This document shows, in pieces, positions 7,914 through 16,203 of a DNA stretch of 24,230 bases. The stretch is taken from the IMG/VR virus record IMGVR_UViG_3300008255_000465, positions 1 through 24,230 of that record. One strand, 5' to 3'. The stretch's first letter is position 1, and every line of letters starts with the position of its first letter. A program made the position numbers and the translations under genes. The notes under the pieces are model-generated. The model was not told the DNA's origin and searched no databases. It worked only from the letters and a program-made list of their open reading frames with translations. The DNA comes from a virus. Taxonomy: Duplodnaviria; Caudoviricetes.

Positions 7914-8846
7914 TTACAGGCTCGGAACGCGCAGCACGCGGAAGCTCGACGGCTCGACGACGTAGCCCTTCCGGTTCTGCGTTTTCCAAGTGAGTTTTTT
8001 GCCGTCGCGCAGGTGCCCGACCGCGTTGTCGCCGAGCTTCGCTTTGAGCTCTGCACGGATCGCCTCCTTCCGGCCTTCCGCGTTCTTGATCGCGGCCGTC
8101 GCGGCGGCGTGCGCGGTGATCAATTCATCGACGCGGTTGTCGCGAGAGAGGTCGACCTCGCCGCCGTCGTCGGCGGAATACATGCGCTCGATGACTGCGC
8201 CGTCGCGGCCCCAATCGGGATCGGGATGTTCACCGCTCGCCAACAGCGCGTGGAAGGCGACCGTCTCCTCGCGGATGCGTTCGGCAACGCCCGCGATGAT
8301 CGGAACCTCGACGACGTGAAGGTCGATGCCGTGGCCGACAACGAGCGCTCCAATCGCCGCCCATTTCGCGCCGGTCAGGTACGCCTCGACCGATGCCTGT
8401 ACCGCGATCCAGAGCGGTGGCTCAATCGAGCGCGTGTCCGGGTCGAGCCACTTCTGACGGAAGATGCTGCTCTCAACCGACTTGATCTGCAGCACGCCGA
8501 CGCCGCGCTTTGGGCAGCGGAGCAAGACGTCCGGCGTCGCGCCAAGCCCGATAGCCGGGTCGCGGTAGTAGAAATCGCCCTGCTCAAGGACTTCGATATC
8601 CGGGTTCTCCTCACGGAAAATCTGGACCGCGATGGGCTCGAGCAAACGGCCGCGACGCATTTGCGGGCTGTCTTCCGGGTCGTCGGATATGCGACCGCTC
8701 TTGAGCGCCCAGAGCCCGAAGGCGGTCTGGTACTCGTGGACGCCGAGTAGCGCGCCCGCCACCGAGGCGGTGACGTCCGGCTTGCGAAGCCGAAGCCACG
8801 CGTCTCGGTCGGTGACGTGAAACTTTTCGATTGCAGGCGTTTCCAT
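7914..8846 (-). CDS. YqaJ-like viral recombinase / lambda-exonuclease family protein
   Basis: WLRLRK..VTASVAGALLG, MRRGRLLEP, GATPDV, LQIKS, WIAVQ motifs; GGGGAGG RBS. Confidence 0.92.
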   Translation of the reverse strand: METPAIEKFHVTDRDAWLRLRKPDVTASVAGALLGVHEYQTAFGLWALKSGRISDDPEDSPQMRRGRLLEPIAVQIFREENPDIEVLEQGDFYYRDPAIGLGATPDVLLRCPKRGVGVLQIKSVESSIFRQKWLDPDTRSIEPPLWIAVQASVEAYLTGAKWAAIGALVVGHGIDLHVVEVPIIAGVAERIREETVAFHALLASGEHPDPDWGRDGAVIERMYSADDGGEVDLSRDNRVDELITAHAAATAAIKNAEGRKEAIRAELKAKLGDNAVGHLRDGKKLTWKTQNRKGYVVEPSSFRVLRVPSL

Positions 8847-9030
8847 GCTGCAGACAAACCTCCCCTGTTCCCTGACCGCGCGTTTTTCGCGGCGGGGTGT
8901 TGCGGGTTACGGGCTGGTACTCGGCCCGGGGCGGCGCGGCGGCGGCCGCCCGGTGCCGTCTCTCGACGCTACTTCCGCGTCGTATGCGCGCGGTCGACCG
9001 CAAGGGCGGCGACCGGCGAGAGTTCACGGA

Positions 9031-9183
9031 TTACAGGGTTCGGGAAACCACGCTGCTCAAGGGCGGCGGCGGGATCGCCGGAGGGGGGGGTTGGTGCCTC
9101 AAATGATCTTTCATGGCCTCGAGCATCGCGTTCTTCGCTTTTTGTGCCGTTGCGGGACACGCAGTCGTCCGAACGATCTCCAT
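9031..9183 (-). CDS. Small proline-rich leader ORF (50 aa), absent from the ORF track
   Basis: GAGGGGGAG immediately upstream of ATG 9183; MEIVRTTACPATAQKAKNAMLEAMKDHLRHQPPPPAIPPPPLSSVVSRTL; first ORF after the leftward promoter region. Confidence 0.5.
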   Translation of the reverse strand: MEIVRTTACPATAQKAKNAMLEAMKDHLRHQPPPPAIPPPPLSSVVSRTL

Positions 9184-9210
9184 TCGCTCCCCCTCAAAAA
9201 ACTACTTGGA

Positions 9211-9296
9211 TAGTGGGAAACTATAATCCGCCGAAAACCCTATTCGTCAATCGGAAAATCGAACAAAAAGTGGAAATCCGACAAACTTTCCGACTT
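9211..9296 (-). promoter_or_regulatory. Leftward early promoter region with clustered operator-like sites
   Basis: TTGACG (9250-9245) and TATAGT (9225-9220; spacing long at 19 nt); operator-like 14-mers at 9213, 9250, 9269 and 9281. Confidence 0.65.
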
Positions 9297-9344
9297 GCGC
9301 TTTAGGCGCGATGTGGCTATTCGCGCGAGCGCGCGCGGATTTAG

Positions 9345-9410
9345 AAAATATCTATAGATAGGGGGGCCGTTAGGCCCCCCCATATAACCTATATTCAGTA
9401 TAGAGATTTT
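9345..9410. other. Nested inverted repeat (candidate cI terminator or replication element)
   Basis: GGGGGGCC-GTTA-GGCCCCCC hairpin, TATCTATAGATA palindrome, outer arms AAAATATCTATA / TATAGAGATTTT. Confidence 0.55.
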
Positions 9411-9453
9411 AGTTTGTAGGCATGCCTATCCGCCCGGCGCCTTTCGGCGCGGA

Positions 9454-10149
9454 CTAGACGTCCTCGCGGAAGAGGAGGATCGTGCGGACGACAAGACCAA
9501 CGATCTCAACCTGCTGACCTGTCGTTGTCGACGGCCACGGGATATCGCCGGGCGAAGTTGGCGAAGGGAGGCGCAAAATAGCGCCGCCTAGACGCATCTC
9601 AAGCAGCCGAATTGTAAACTCAACCGCACCCGTCTTCCCCACACGCTTGACGACGACAACGTCTCCCGATTTGAGCGATTGAAGACCGCCCGGGAGCGTA
9701 GCCGGGTCGAGGACGTCAACGACCATCCTATCGGTGATCCCAATCTCGGAAGCGTGATCATCTCGCACCAAATACGCTGCTTGGTGTTCGGGCGGAAAGC
9801 GCGGATCAGGATTGATCGGGAGACGCGCTGCCGGCGCGGGCGCGTCCGGCTCGCGCCAAACATTCAACTCGCAGACGCCGAGAAGCGGCATTGACGCCTC
9901 GACGTTTTCACTCTTCGCGCGATAGCGCGGCGTTCGCCTCGGCTCCGGCTGCGAACCGCGAAGATACTCAGGATCGCACTCGAGGACCGCCGCGATCTTG
10001 TCAATCTGGCGGACTGTCCGCTTCTTTCCGCTCAGGAGCTCGTTGATATATCCGCGCTGTAATCCGGCTCGTCGCGCGGCCTCGAAAGGGTTGATCCCCA
10101 ACGCATCCAACCGCGCCCGGACGCGTTCGGCCATTAGAGTTGTTCCCAT
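9454..10149 (-). CDS. CI-like repressor (XRE HTH plus degenerate S24-like domain)
   Basis: N-terminal HTH (EAARRAGLQRGYINELLSGKK...IAAVLECDPEYL); C-terminal S24-like strand pattern (AYLVRDD, LKSGDVVVVKR, VEIVGLVV); divergent from the Cro-like gene. Confidence 0.88.
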   Translation of the reverse strand: MGTTLMAERVRARLDALGINPFEAARRAGLQRGYINELLSGKKRTVRQIDKIAAVLECDPEYLRGSQPEPRRTPRYRAKSENVEASMPLLGVCELNVWREPDAPAPAARLPINPDPRFPPEHQAAYLVRDDHASEIGITDRMVVDVLDPATLPGGLQSLKSGDVVVVKRVGKTGAVEFTIRLLEMRLGGAILRLPSPTSPGDIPWPSTTTGQQVEIVGLVVRTILLFREDV

Positions 10150-10198
10150 ATCTTGCCCCCTCCCAGGTGGCGAAACACTAAAGTTTGGACACGAATTA

Positions 10199-10291
10199 TT
10201 AGCAAATCCTACAGCCTGTTCCCAATTTTATCTTTGGGCCGCAGTGAATTTTCTATTGCCAGGGTTAATGTTTCCGACTATTCTCCAGCTC
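10199..10291 (+). promoter_or_regulatory. Rightward early promoter (pR-like) with operators
   Basis: TTGCCA (10256-10261)-17 nt-TATTCT (10279-10284); operator-like sites at 10199-10212 and 10265-10278, the second in the spacer. Confidence 0.75.
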
Positions 10292-10678
10292 ATGCGATAC
10301 GAAAACCTCCTCAAATCAAACTTGAAAACCCTCCTGACGCTCTTCCAGGGCGCGACCGGCTACCGCGACACGACATGCGGAAAGATCGTCGCTCGGGATC
10401 AGCGCTTCTTCGCCAAGCTCGATAAGTCGGCTGTCCGCGCACGGACTTACGACACGGTCGCGGCGCGGTTTAGCGCGCTTTGGCCGAGCGAGGTCGAGTG
10501 GCCGGAAGATATTCCGCGTCCGGAGCCGGAGGAGATCGACGCGGAGACGCGGGCGCTCATCGAGGCGCAGGTCGCAAAGAAGCACGAGAAGTCTGTCCCC
10601 GTAGAGCGCTGGCGCGCCGACGAGCCTTGGCCCGCCGACGTTCCAAAGCCCGCCGGTGTTCGCATCGTCCACGTCTGA
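10292..10678 (+). CDS. Cro-like regulator, probably leaderless (128 aa)
   Basis: ATG 7 nt after the -10 box with no SD; FSALWPSEVEWPEDIPRP motif seen in alphaproteobacterial phage proteins at the Cro position. Confidence 0.75.
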   Translation: MRYENLLKSNLKTLLTLFQGATGYRDTTCGKIVARDQRFFAKLDKSAVRARTYDTVAARFSALWPSEVEWPEDIPRPEPEEIDAETRALIEAQVAKKHEKSVPVERWRADEPWPADVPKPAGVRIVHV

Positions 10679-10691
10679 ACGGAGAACCGAA

Positions 10692-11084
10692 ATGGCAAAA
10701 AGGGCCAAGCCGAAAGACGCCTCGCAATCTCGCGGCGCCACCACCGAAGACTTCCGGCGCGTCGTCGCCGATATTTCGAAAAACAAGACGCAGGCGAGCT
10801 ACTACGCGGGCCTCGCGGGCAAGGCGACGCAGAGCGCGGTCGAGCAATACGGCCTTGAGAAAACCGCTCTAACTTTCGTCCGCCGTCTGAACGATATGGA
10901 GGAAGGCAAGCGGCAGTCAGTTCTCCGCTCGCTTGTCGACTACTCGAATAAGCTCGGCTTCTTCGATCAGATCGACGCCTTCGACGATCTTCTCGCGACG
11001 CTCGAGGAGATTGTTTCGCGCACGCACAACTCGCGCGGCGCCGAGCGTTCCGACGACCCGACTATCAGCGAGTTGACGCACTAA
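10692..11084 (+). CDS. GapR (DUF2312)-like DNA-binding protein, divergent
   Basis: GGAGA RBS; GLEKTALTFVRRLNDMEEGKRQSVLRSLVDYSNKLG resembles the GapR C-terminal helices. Confidence 0.6.
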   Translation: MAKRAKPKDASQSRGATTEDFRRVVADISKNKTQASYYAGLAGKATQSAVEQYGLEKTALTFVRRLNDMEEGKRQSVLRSLVDYSNKLGFFDQIDAFDDLLATLEEIVSRTHNSRGAERSDDPTISELTH

Positions 11085-11100
11085 CGTCGACCGCTTGAGC

Positions 11101-11134
11101 GCGGCGGTAGTCGGTCCCGTCCGGTTATCGCCGC
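11101..11134 (+). promoter_or_regulatory. Intergenic RNA hairpin (possible attenuator or processing site)
   Basis: GCGGCGGTAGTCGG-6 nt-CCGGTTATCGCCGC, 14-bp stem with G-U pairs that favour the + transcript. Confidence 0.45.
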
Positions 11135-11212
11135 AGCTTCCAAAGACAACCACGACAATCGAGAGCCTTTCAACGGGCCGCGCGAACCCGCGCGCCTGCA
11201 CGGGGGAGACGT

Positions 11213-11500
11213 ATGGGTAAAAAACGTAAGACTTGGTCCGAGGAGGACACGGAGCGGCTCCTTCATCTGCGCGATGTTCGAAAGCTCGGCTGGGAAGACC
11301 TCGCGAGAGTTTTCGGGCGCTGCGCATCGACCCTGACCTACCACTACAACCGCGCCACCGACCACAAACAAGGTTTTGCGCACGAGGATCGTCTCTTCCG
11401 CAAGAGAGCGCTCGAGAGTAGTAGCCAACTACTCGCGCGCCTGCGGCACGTCCACGGCGACCCGGCGAAGCTCTACCCCGAATTTCGGGGGCAAGCATGA
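11213..11500 (+). CDS. Small Myb-like / GcrA N-terminal-like HTH protein
   Basis: GGGGGAG RBS; WSEEDTERLLHLRDVRKLGWEDLARVFGRCASTL. Confidence 0.7.
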   Translation: MGKKRKTWSEEDTERLLHLRDVRKLGWEDLARVFGRCASTLTYHYNRATDHKQGFAHEDRLFRKRALESSSQLLARLRHVHGDPAKLYPEFRGQA

Positions 11501-12039
11501 ACGCGCGCCCGGCAAAGCCAATCATCTTTTACGACTTTGCGACCACGACGGGTTGGTGTTTCGGCCGCCCTGGCGACGCGCCGATCTACGGCGCCCAGCG
11601 CCTCGCGCCGCCCGAAAGCCCGCCGGAAGCGATCTTCGGCGGCGCCATCAAGCTCGTGGCCGAGCACCTGAAAGAGCACCAGCCGGTGATCTTTTGCTAC
11701 GAGGCGCCGCGTGATCCGCGGCACATGGGCAAGAAGACAAACATCAAGACGACGCTCGTCACCATCGGCCTTTGCGCGGTCGGAAGCGGCGTTGCCAGCC
11801 GCATGGGCGTCTACGACGTCCGTGATGTCGACGCGAACCATGTCCGTCAATACTTCCTCGGCTTCAAGCCCGCGAAGGACGAGGTAAAGGCGGCGGTTAT
11901 CCGGCGCTGCCTCGACCTCGGCTTCAAGCCAGATGACGACAACGCCGCCGACGCTATCGCGGGCTGGCACTTCATGGCCGCCATGATCGACCCCGAGCGG
12001 ATGGCTTATCTGACCCCGTATACGAAGGCGCGCCGATGA
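11497..12039 (+). CDS. RuvC-like Holliday junction resolvase
   Basis: IFYDFATTTGWC, YEAP, VRQYFLG...KDEVKAAVI, DDNAADAIA acidic motifs. Confidence 0.82.
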   Translation: MNARPAKPIIFYDFATTTGWCFGRPGDAPIYGAQRLAPPESPPEAIFGGAIKLVAEHLKEHQPVIFCYEAPRDPRHMGKKTNIKTTLVTIGLCAVGSGVASRMGVYDVRDVDANHVRQYFLGFKPAKDEVKAAVIRRCLDLGFKPDDDNAADAIAGWHFMAAMIDPERMAYLTPYTKARR

Positions 12040-13115
12040 AAGAGCCGCGCGCCTATTACAACGAGAACAATCCGTATGCGGCGCAATGGCTGCGGAACCT
12101 GATCGATCTCGGCGAGATTGCGCCGGGTATCGTTGACGAAAGGGATATTTGGGATGTCGTCCCAGCAGAGCTTTCTGAATTTGCTCAATGCCACTTCTTC
12201 GCCGGTATCGGAACGTGGTCATACGCTGCCCGTCGAGCAGGCTGGAAGGACGAATGGCCAATTTGGACCGGATCGTGCCCTTGCCAGGATTTCAGCGCGC
12301 TCGGCAAAAAAAAGGGGCTTGCTGGCGAGCGGCACCATTGGCCAGCGTGGTTTCACCTCATCTCGGAGTGTCGCCCTGCAACTGTCCTTGGCGAGCAGGT
12401 TGCGACACCGGACGCTCTCGCTTGGCTCGACCTTGTTCACGCTGACATGGAAGGAGCGAGCTACGCCATCTGGCATGACGATCTTAGCGCTGCGGGCTTC
12501 GGGGCGCCGCAAATCCGACAACGACTTTACTTCGTGGCCGACTACGCGGGCGGCGGATGGACGAGCGGGGCCAGACTACGCGATAGCGACGCGGCCGAAC
12601 TCCGGAGGGATGTCTCTGCCGACGACTGCGGCCCTGGCATCTTGGTTGGCCCCGAGCGCGCGCGATTGGAAGGATACTCCGGGGATGAAGACTACTCGGC
12701 CGGACGGTCGAAGCCGTCTCGACCAGCTTCCACGTCAGGCGACGCTCGCTCTCTGGCCGGCACCGACGGCGACCTCTCCGGCGAAGGACGGGTACAACAT
12801 GGCGGGGAACTCGGCGGGTTTGGTCGCGATCCGCGAAATAGCTCTGGGGATGTTGGACGGCCCGGCCCGACTAACGGCTTCTGGCGAGATGCTGACTGGC
12901 TCCGCTGCCGGGATGGAAAGTGGCGGCCAGTTGAACCCGGCACATTCCCGCTGGTTGATGGGGCTTCCTTCCGTCTGGGATCGGGCAGCACCTACGAAGG
13001 TCTCGATCGCATCGAAATGCTCAAAGGGTACGGGAACGCAATCGTCGCGGAAGAAGCGACGGAAGTAATTGCGGCGTTCATCGGCCACCTTCGCGATCAA
13101 GGAAGGTTGTCATGA
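12036..13115 (+). CDS. C5 cytosine DNA methyltransferase, alpha polypeptide (M.EcoHK31I-type)
   Basis: Motif [47 protein letters not shown]; no motif IX in this frame. Confidence 0.92.
   Translation: MKEPRAYYNENNPYAAQWLRNLIDLGEIAPGIVDERDIWDVVPAELSEFAQCHFFAGIGTWSYAARRAGWKDEWPIWTGSCPCQDFSALGKKKGLAGERHHWPAWFHLISECRPATVLGEQVATPDALAWLDLVHADMEGASYAIWHDDLSAAGFGAPQIRQRLYFVADYAGGGWTSGARLRDSDAAELRRDVSADDCGPGILVGPERARLEGYSGDEDYSAGRSKPSRPASTSGDARSLAGTDGDLSGEGRVQHGGELGGFGRDPRNSSGDVGRPGPTNGFWRDADWLRCRDGKWRPVEPGTFPLVDGASFRLGSGSTYEGLDRIEMLKGYGNAIVAEEATEVIAAFIGHLRDQGRLS
12154..13068 (+). CDS. C5 methyltransferase beta polypeptide nested in the +1 frame (start uncertain)
   Basis: Frame open over 12118-13068 inside the alpha gene; ends with motif IX-like [18 protein letters not shown]; repeated W-P-T/A-P units. 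Confidence 0.82.
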   Translation: MSSQQSFLNLLNATSSPVSERGHTLPVEQAGRTNGQFGPDRALARISARSAKKRGLLASGTIGQRGFTSSRSVALQLSLASRLRHRTLSLGSTLFTLTWKERATPSGMTILALRASGRRKSDNDFTSWPTTRAADGRAGPDYAIATRPNSGGMSLPTTAALASWLAPSARDWKDTPGMKTTRPDGRSRLDQLPRQATLALWPAPTATSPAKDGYNMAGNSAGLVAIREIALGMLDGPARLTASGEMLTGSAAGMESGGQLNPAHSRWLMGLPSVWDRAAPTKVSIASKCSKGTGTQSSRKKRRK

Positions 13116-13516
13116 GCGTGTGGGTTCGGGGCAACTTCGACATTTTGAGCGCGACCGATAGTGGCGACTTCGTTCCCGACAACGTCGAGGGCATCGTGTC
13201 AGGGGCCTTCGGCGTCGTTGTCGAGCCCTTTGCGATCAACGTCGGGACTTTGATCGTCGCGCTACTCGTTCACCTTCGGACAAAGCGCTGCCTGGGCTTC
13301 TTCGTCAACGAGGAGCTCGCGCGCAACGCAGGCGATATCGCATCGCGGCTCGCGGATTGGTCCGAATACGACGGAAGCGACGATTGGGCGCCCATCGGGC
13401 GCCGCACGATGGAGGCATGGATCGCGGCAGGCTTCGTCGTCATGCCGATAACGCCGCAGACGGGATACCGGCTCTGGGGATTTTTGGAAGTCGAGAATAA
13501 CGCGCTGGTTTCGTAA
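13112..13516 (+). CDS. Hypothetical protein (134 aa)
   Basis: ATGA coupling, AGGAAGG upstream. Confidence 0.7.
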   Translation: MSVWVRGNFDILSATDSGDFVPDNVEGIVSGAFGVVVEPFAINVGTLIVALLVHLRTKRCLGFFVNEELARNAGDIASRLADWSEYDGSDDWAPIGRRTMEAWIAAGFVVMPITPQTGYRLWGFLEVENNALVS

Positions 13517-13557
13517 CCGGCGAGCGCGCATGCGCGCGCGATCTGGCGAGGAAGTAA

Positions 13558-15741
13558 ATGGCTGGCGAGCAATTCGCTACATACGCGGAAGCGGTTGCAA
13601 AGGAGCTTCTCGGGGCTCCCAACAAGGCAATGTCGACGAGCGGAGAGCTCCGGTTCGGCTCGCACGGCTCGCTCTCGGTCGACATCAAGAAGGGCACCTT
13701 CTACGACCACGAAAGCCAAACAGGCGGCGGCGTCCTCGACCTGATCGAACGCGAGACGGGCAGCAAGGGCGCCGCAGCCGTCGAGTGGCTGCGCGAGCGA
13801 GGCTTCCATGTTGACGACGGCGACGACCGTCAGGCGCGCAGGCGTAACGCGCCGCCGCGCGACGAGCAGCCCGCGCCAACCGGCGAGGCGCCGCGCTGGC
13901 GTATCACGAAGACGTGGGATTACGTCGACGAGGCGGGGGAGCTTCTGTTCCAGGTCGTCCGGCAGGAGAACGGCGAGCGCAGCGCCGATGGGAAGGCCGA
14001 GAAGAAGTACCTGCAGCGGCGTAAGTCGCGGCCCGACGATGATCCGGAGAAGATCAAAAACGGCTGGGTCTGGACAACGAAGGACTGCCGTCAGGTTCCC
14101 TACCGCCTCCCGGAGATCATGGAGGCAATCGCCTCTGACTTCGTCATCTTTACGGTCGAGGGCGAGAAGGCGGCAGACGCGCTCTGGGATATCGGCGTGC
14201 CGGCGACGACGAACGCGCGCGGCGCCGGAAAGTGGCCGAAGGAGCTTAACGAGTTTTTCCGCGATGCCCGCATTGTCTCCCTGCCCGACAACGACCCGCA
14301 GGCGCGCAACAAGGACGGGACGCTTCGATACCACGAAGATGGCCGGCCATACTACGTCGGCCGCGCACACGTCGAGATGGTGGCGAAGGAGCTCAAAGGG
14401 ATCGCGCGCGAGCATCGCGTGCTCGATCTTCCGGGCCTTCCTGAGAAGGGCGATGCCTTCGATTGGGTGGCGTCCGGCGGCACGGCAGAGGCGCTTTACG
14501 ACCTCGTCGCGCGTTTCGCGAAGCCCATCGAGCAGGCGCCGTTTCACTCGCGCTTCCGCGCCGTCACATGGAGCGACCTCGACGCGCCAGGGCCGGAACA
14601 CGAGTGGCTTATCAAGGGCGTTCTGACACGCGGGGAGCGAAGTATGACGGCCGGGCCGTCGCAGAGCGGAAAGAGCTTCCTCGTGCTCGATCAGGCGATG
14701 GCTATCGCGCGAGGCGTCGAATGGATGGGATGTCGCACGCTTCACGGCGGCGTTATTTATCAGGCTGGCGAGGGCGGCAAGGGGATCAAGAAACGCCTGC
14801 GGGCCTATCGGCAAGCGAACGGGCTTTCACTCGATGAGAACCTCCCCTTCGTTCTTCTCCCGAGCCCAATCGATCTTTACGCGAACGACGATCACACGAA
14901 CATGCTGATCGACGAGATCATGCATTGGGCCGATACGTTTCCGGTCCCGCTAGAGTTGATCGTTCTCGACACACTTTCCGCCGCGACGCCGGGCGCGAAC
15001 GAGAACGCCAGCGAGGATATGAGCCGTGTTCTCGCGCGCGCCGAGCGGATCGTCGACGCGACGAAGGCGCATGTGATGCTGGTCCATCACATGAACGCAG
15101 AGGGGAGCCGCCCGCGCGGGCACACCTCGATTTTTGCCAACCTCGACAACGTCGTCACCGTCCGAAAGGTCGAAGGGCTCCACGACGGCGACGGCCGTCC
15201 GATCCGCGAGGCGAAGGTTGCGAAGCAAAAGGACGGCGAGGACGGCGGCACGTTCCGCTTTGTGCTTCCTGCCGTTCAGATCGGAACCGATATCGACGGC
15301 GACGCCATCACGTCTTGCGTGGTCAAGTCGCCGAACGAAGATGGCGTGAACGAGGAGGCAGGCAAGAGCAAGAAGGGCGGCCTTACCGATATCGAAAAGA
15401 TTTTCATGGCAGCGCTGCTCGACGCGCTCGACGCGCGCGGGGTGCCGACGCCGACGATGCTCAAGCTGCCTCGGTCGATTTCGACCGTTGTCGATTACAA
15501 CGCATTCAAGGAGGCATTTGTCCGCCGCAACCCGAAGGATGGCGACGAGGACGACAAAAAGTGGCGCGAGAATATCAAGAAACGCCTGCAGCGCTCGCGC
15601 GAGGCCCTCTGGCGCAAGGGATATATCGGCGTCGACACCCCGTACATCTGGTCGACCGGCAAGGCGCAGCGCGCGCAAAAGCCAACCGAAGCACTGCCGG
15701 ATGAGAAGCCGCGCGAGGACGATGGAGGCTTTGCGCTATGA
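13558..15741 (+). CDS. Primase-helicase (Toprim domain plus RecA-fold RepA/AAA_25-type helicase)
   Basis: Toprim VEGEKAAD, DND, LPEKGDAFDW; Walker A GPSQSGKS, Walker B IVLDT, VHH, RGH, KQKDG. Confidence 0.93.
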   Translation: MAGEQFATYAEAVAKELLGAPNKAMSTSGELRFGSHGSLSVDIKKGTFYDHESQTGGGVLDLIERETGSKGAAAVEWLRERGFHVDDGDDRQARRRNAPPRDEQPAPTGEAPRWRITKTWDYVDEAGELLFQVVRQENGERSADGKAEKKYLQRRKSRPDDDPEKIKNGWVWTTKDCRQVPYRLPEIMEAIASDFVIFTVEGEKAADALWDIGVPATTNARGAGKWPKELNEFFRDARIVSLPDNDPQARNKDGTLRYHEDGRPYYVGRAHVEMVAKELKGIAREHRVLDLPGLPEKGDAFDWVASGGTAEALYDLVARFAKPIEQAPFHSRFRAVTWSDLDAPGPEHEWLIKGVLTRGERSMTAGPSQSGKSFLVLDQAMAIARGVEWMGCRTLHGGVIYQAGEGGKGIKKRLRAYRQANGLSLDENLPFVLLPSPIDLYANDDHTNMLIDEIMHWADTFPVPLELIVLDTLSAATPGANENASEDMSRVLARAERIVDATKAHVMLVHHMNAEGSRPRGHTSIFANLDNVVTVRKVEGLHDGDGRPIREAKVAKQKDGEDGGTFRFVLPAVQIGTDIDGDAITSCVVKSPNEDGVNEEAGKSKKGGLTDIEKIFMAALLDALDARGVPTPTMLKLPRSISTVVDYNAFKEAFVRRNPKDGDEDDKKWRENIKKRLQRSREALWRKGYIGVDTPYIWSTGKAQRAQKPTEALPDEKPREDDGGFAL

Positions 15742-16193
15742 GCCTCGGCCCGCAATGGACAAACGAAATGGTCGGCAAGGAGCTCGTGCGCGCGATGCGC
15801 TGGGCTCAGGCGACTGCCGGCCGCGTCGGCCCTGGCTCACCGCGCGCCGTCGCAATCGACTTCCTCCTAATGCCAAGCGAGCGCGAGGAGGAGGGCTGGG
15901 AGCGCGTCGTCGAGAGCGACGACGACCGGCCACGCCGCCGCATCCTCACGCCAGCGCAGATCACGCGCCTTGAGCAAACGCTGTGGTGGCCCTCTACATA
16001 TTTGAAGCGCCAGCCGGGGCCGAACACGGTCTTGAAGGTCTGGCTGCGCTGCAAGGTCTTCCGCTTTCCCTTCGACAAAGCGTGCGCGGCCCGGAAGTGG
16101 TCGCGCGCCACCGCCTACCGCGCGCGTGACCGCGCGCTCGCCGAGATCGCTGTCGGCCTCATGCGCGACCGCGTCGAGCCTTCCGAGGAGTGA
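15738..16193 (+). CDS. Putative late-gene regulator (DUF6362/Q-like, C-terminal HTH)
   Basis: WT...V...L..A N-terminus, TPAQITRLEQTLWWP, C-terminal CAARKWSRATAYRARDRALAEIA helix-turn-helix; position after the replication gene. Confidence 0.6.
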   Translation: MSLGPQWTNEMVGKELVRAMRWAQATAGRVGPGSPRAVAIDFLLMPSEREEEGWERVVESDDDRPRRRILTPAQITRLEQTLWWPSTYLKRQPGPNTVLKVWLRCKVFRFPFDKACAARKWSRATAYRARDRALAEIAVGLMRDRVEPSEE

Positions 16194-16203
16194 GACTGGA
16201 ACG

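Noticed and set aside
4787-8750. Long plus-strand ORFs (4787-6235, 6177-7826, 7875-8750)
   Set aside because: Antisense shadows of well-supported minus-strand genes; expected in high-GC DNA, with no motifs or RBS
9001-9068. CGCCGCCCTTG repeat as antisense target of the tRNA-like RNA segment GAAAGGCGGT
   Set aside because: Pairing is short and mismatched; expected by chance in GC-rich sequence
9345-9410. Protelomerase (telRL) site
   Set aside because: The perfect palindrome is only 12 bp and no protelomerase gene is in the window
9998-10291. Long N-terminal extension of the Cro-like ORF (also extensions given for 3815-4894, 5012-6481, 2813-3286)
   Set aside because: Extensions overlap neighbouring genes or promoters; downstream starts with RBS or stop-start coupling fit better
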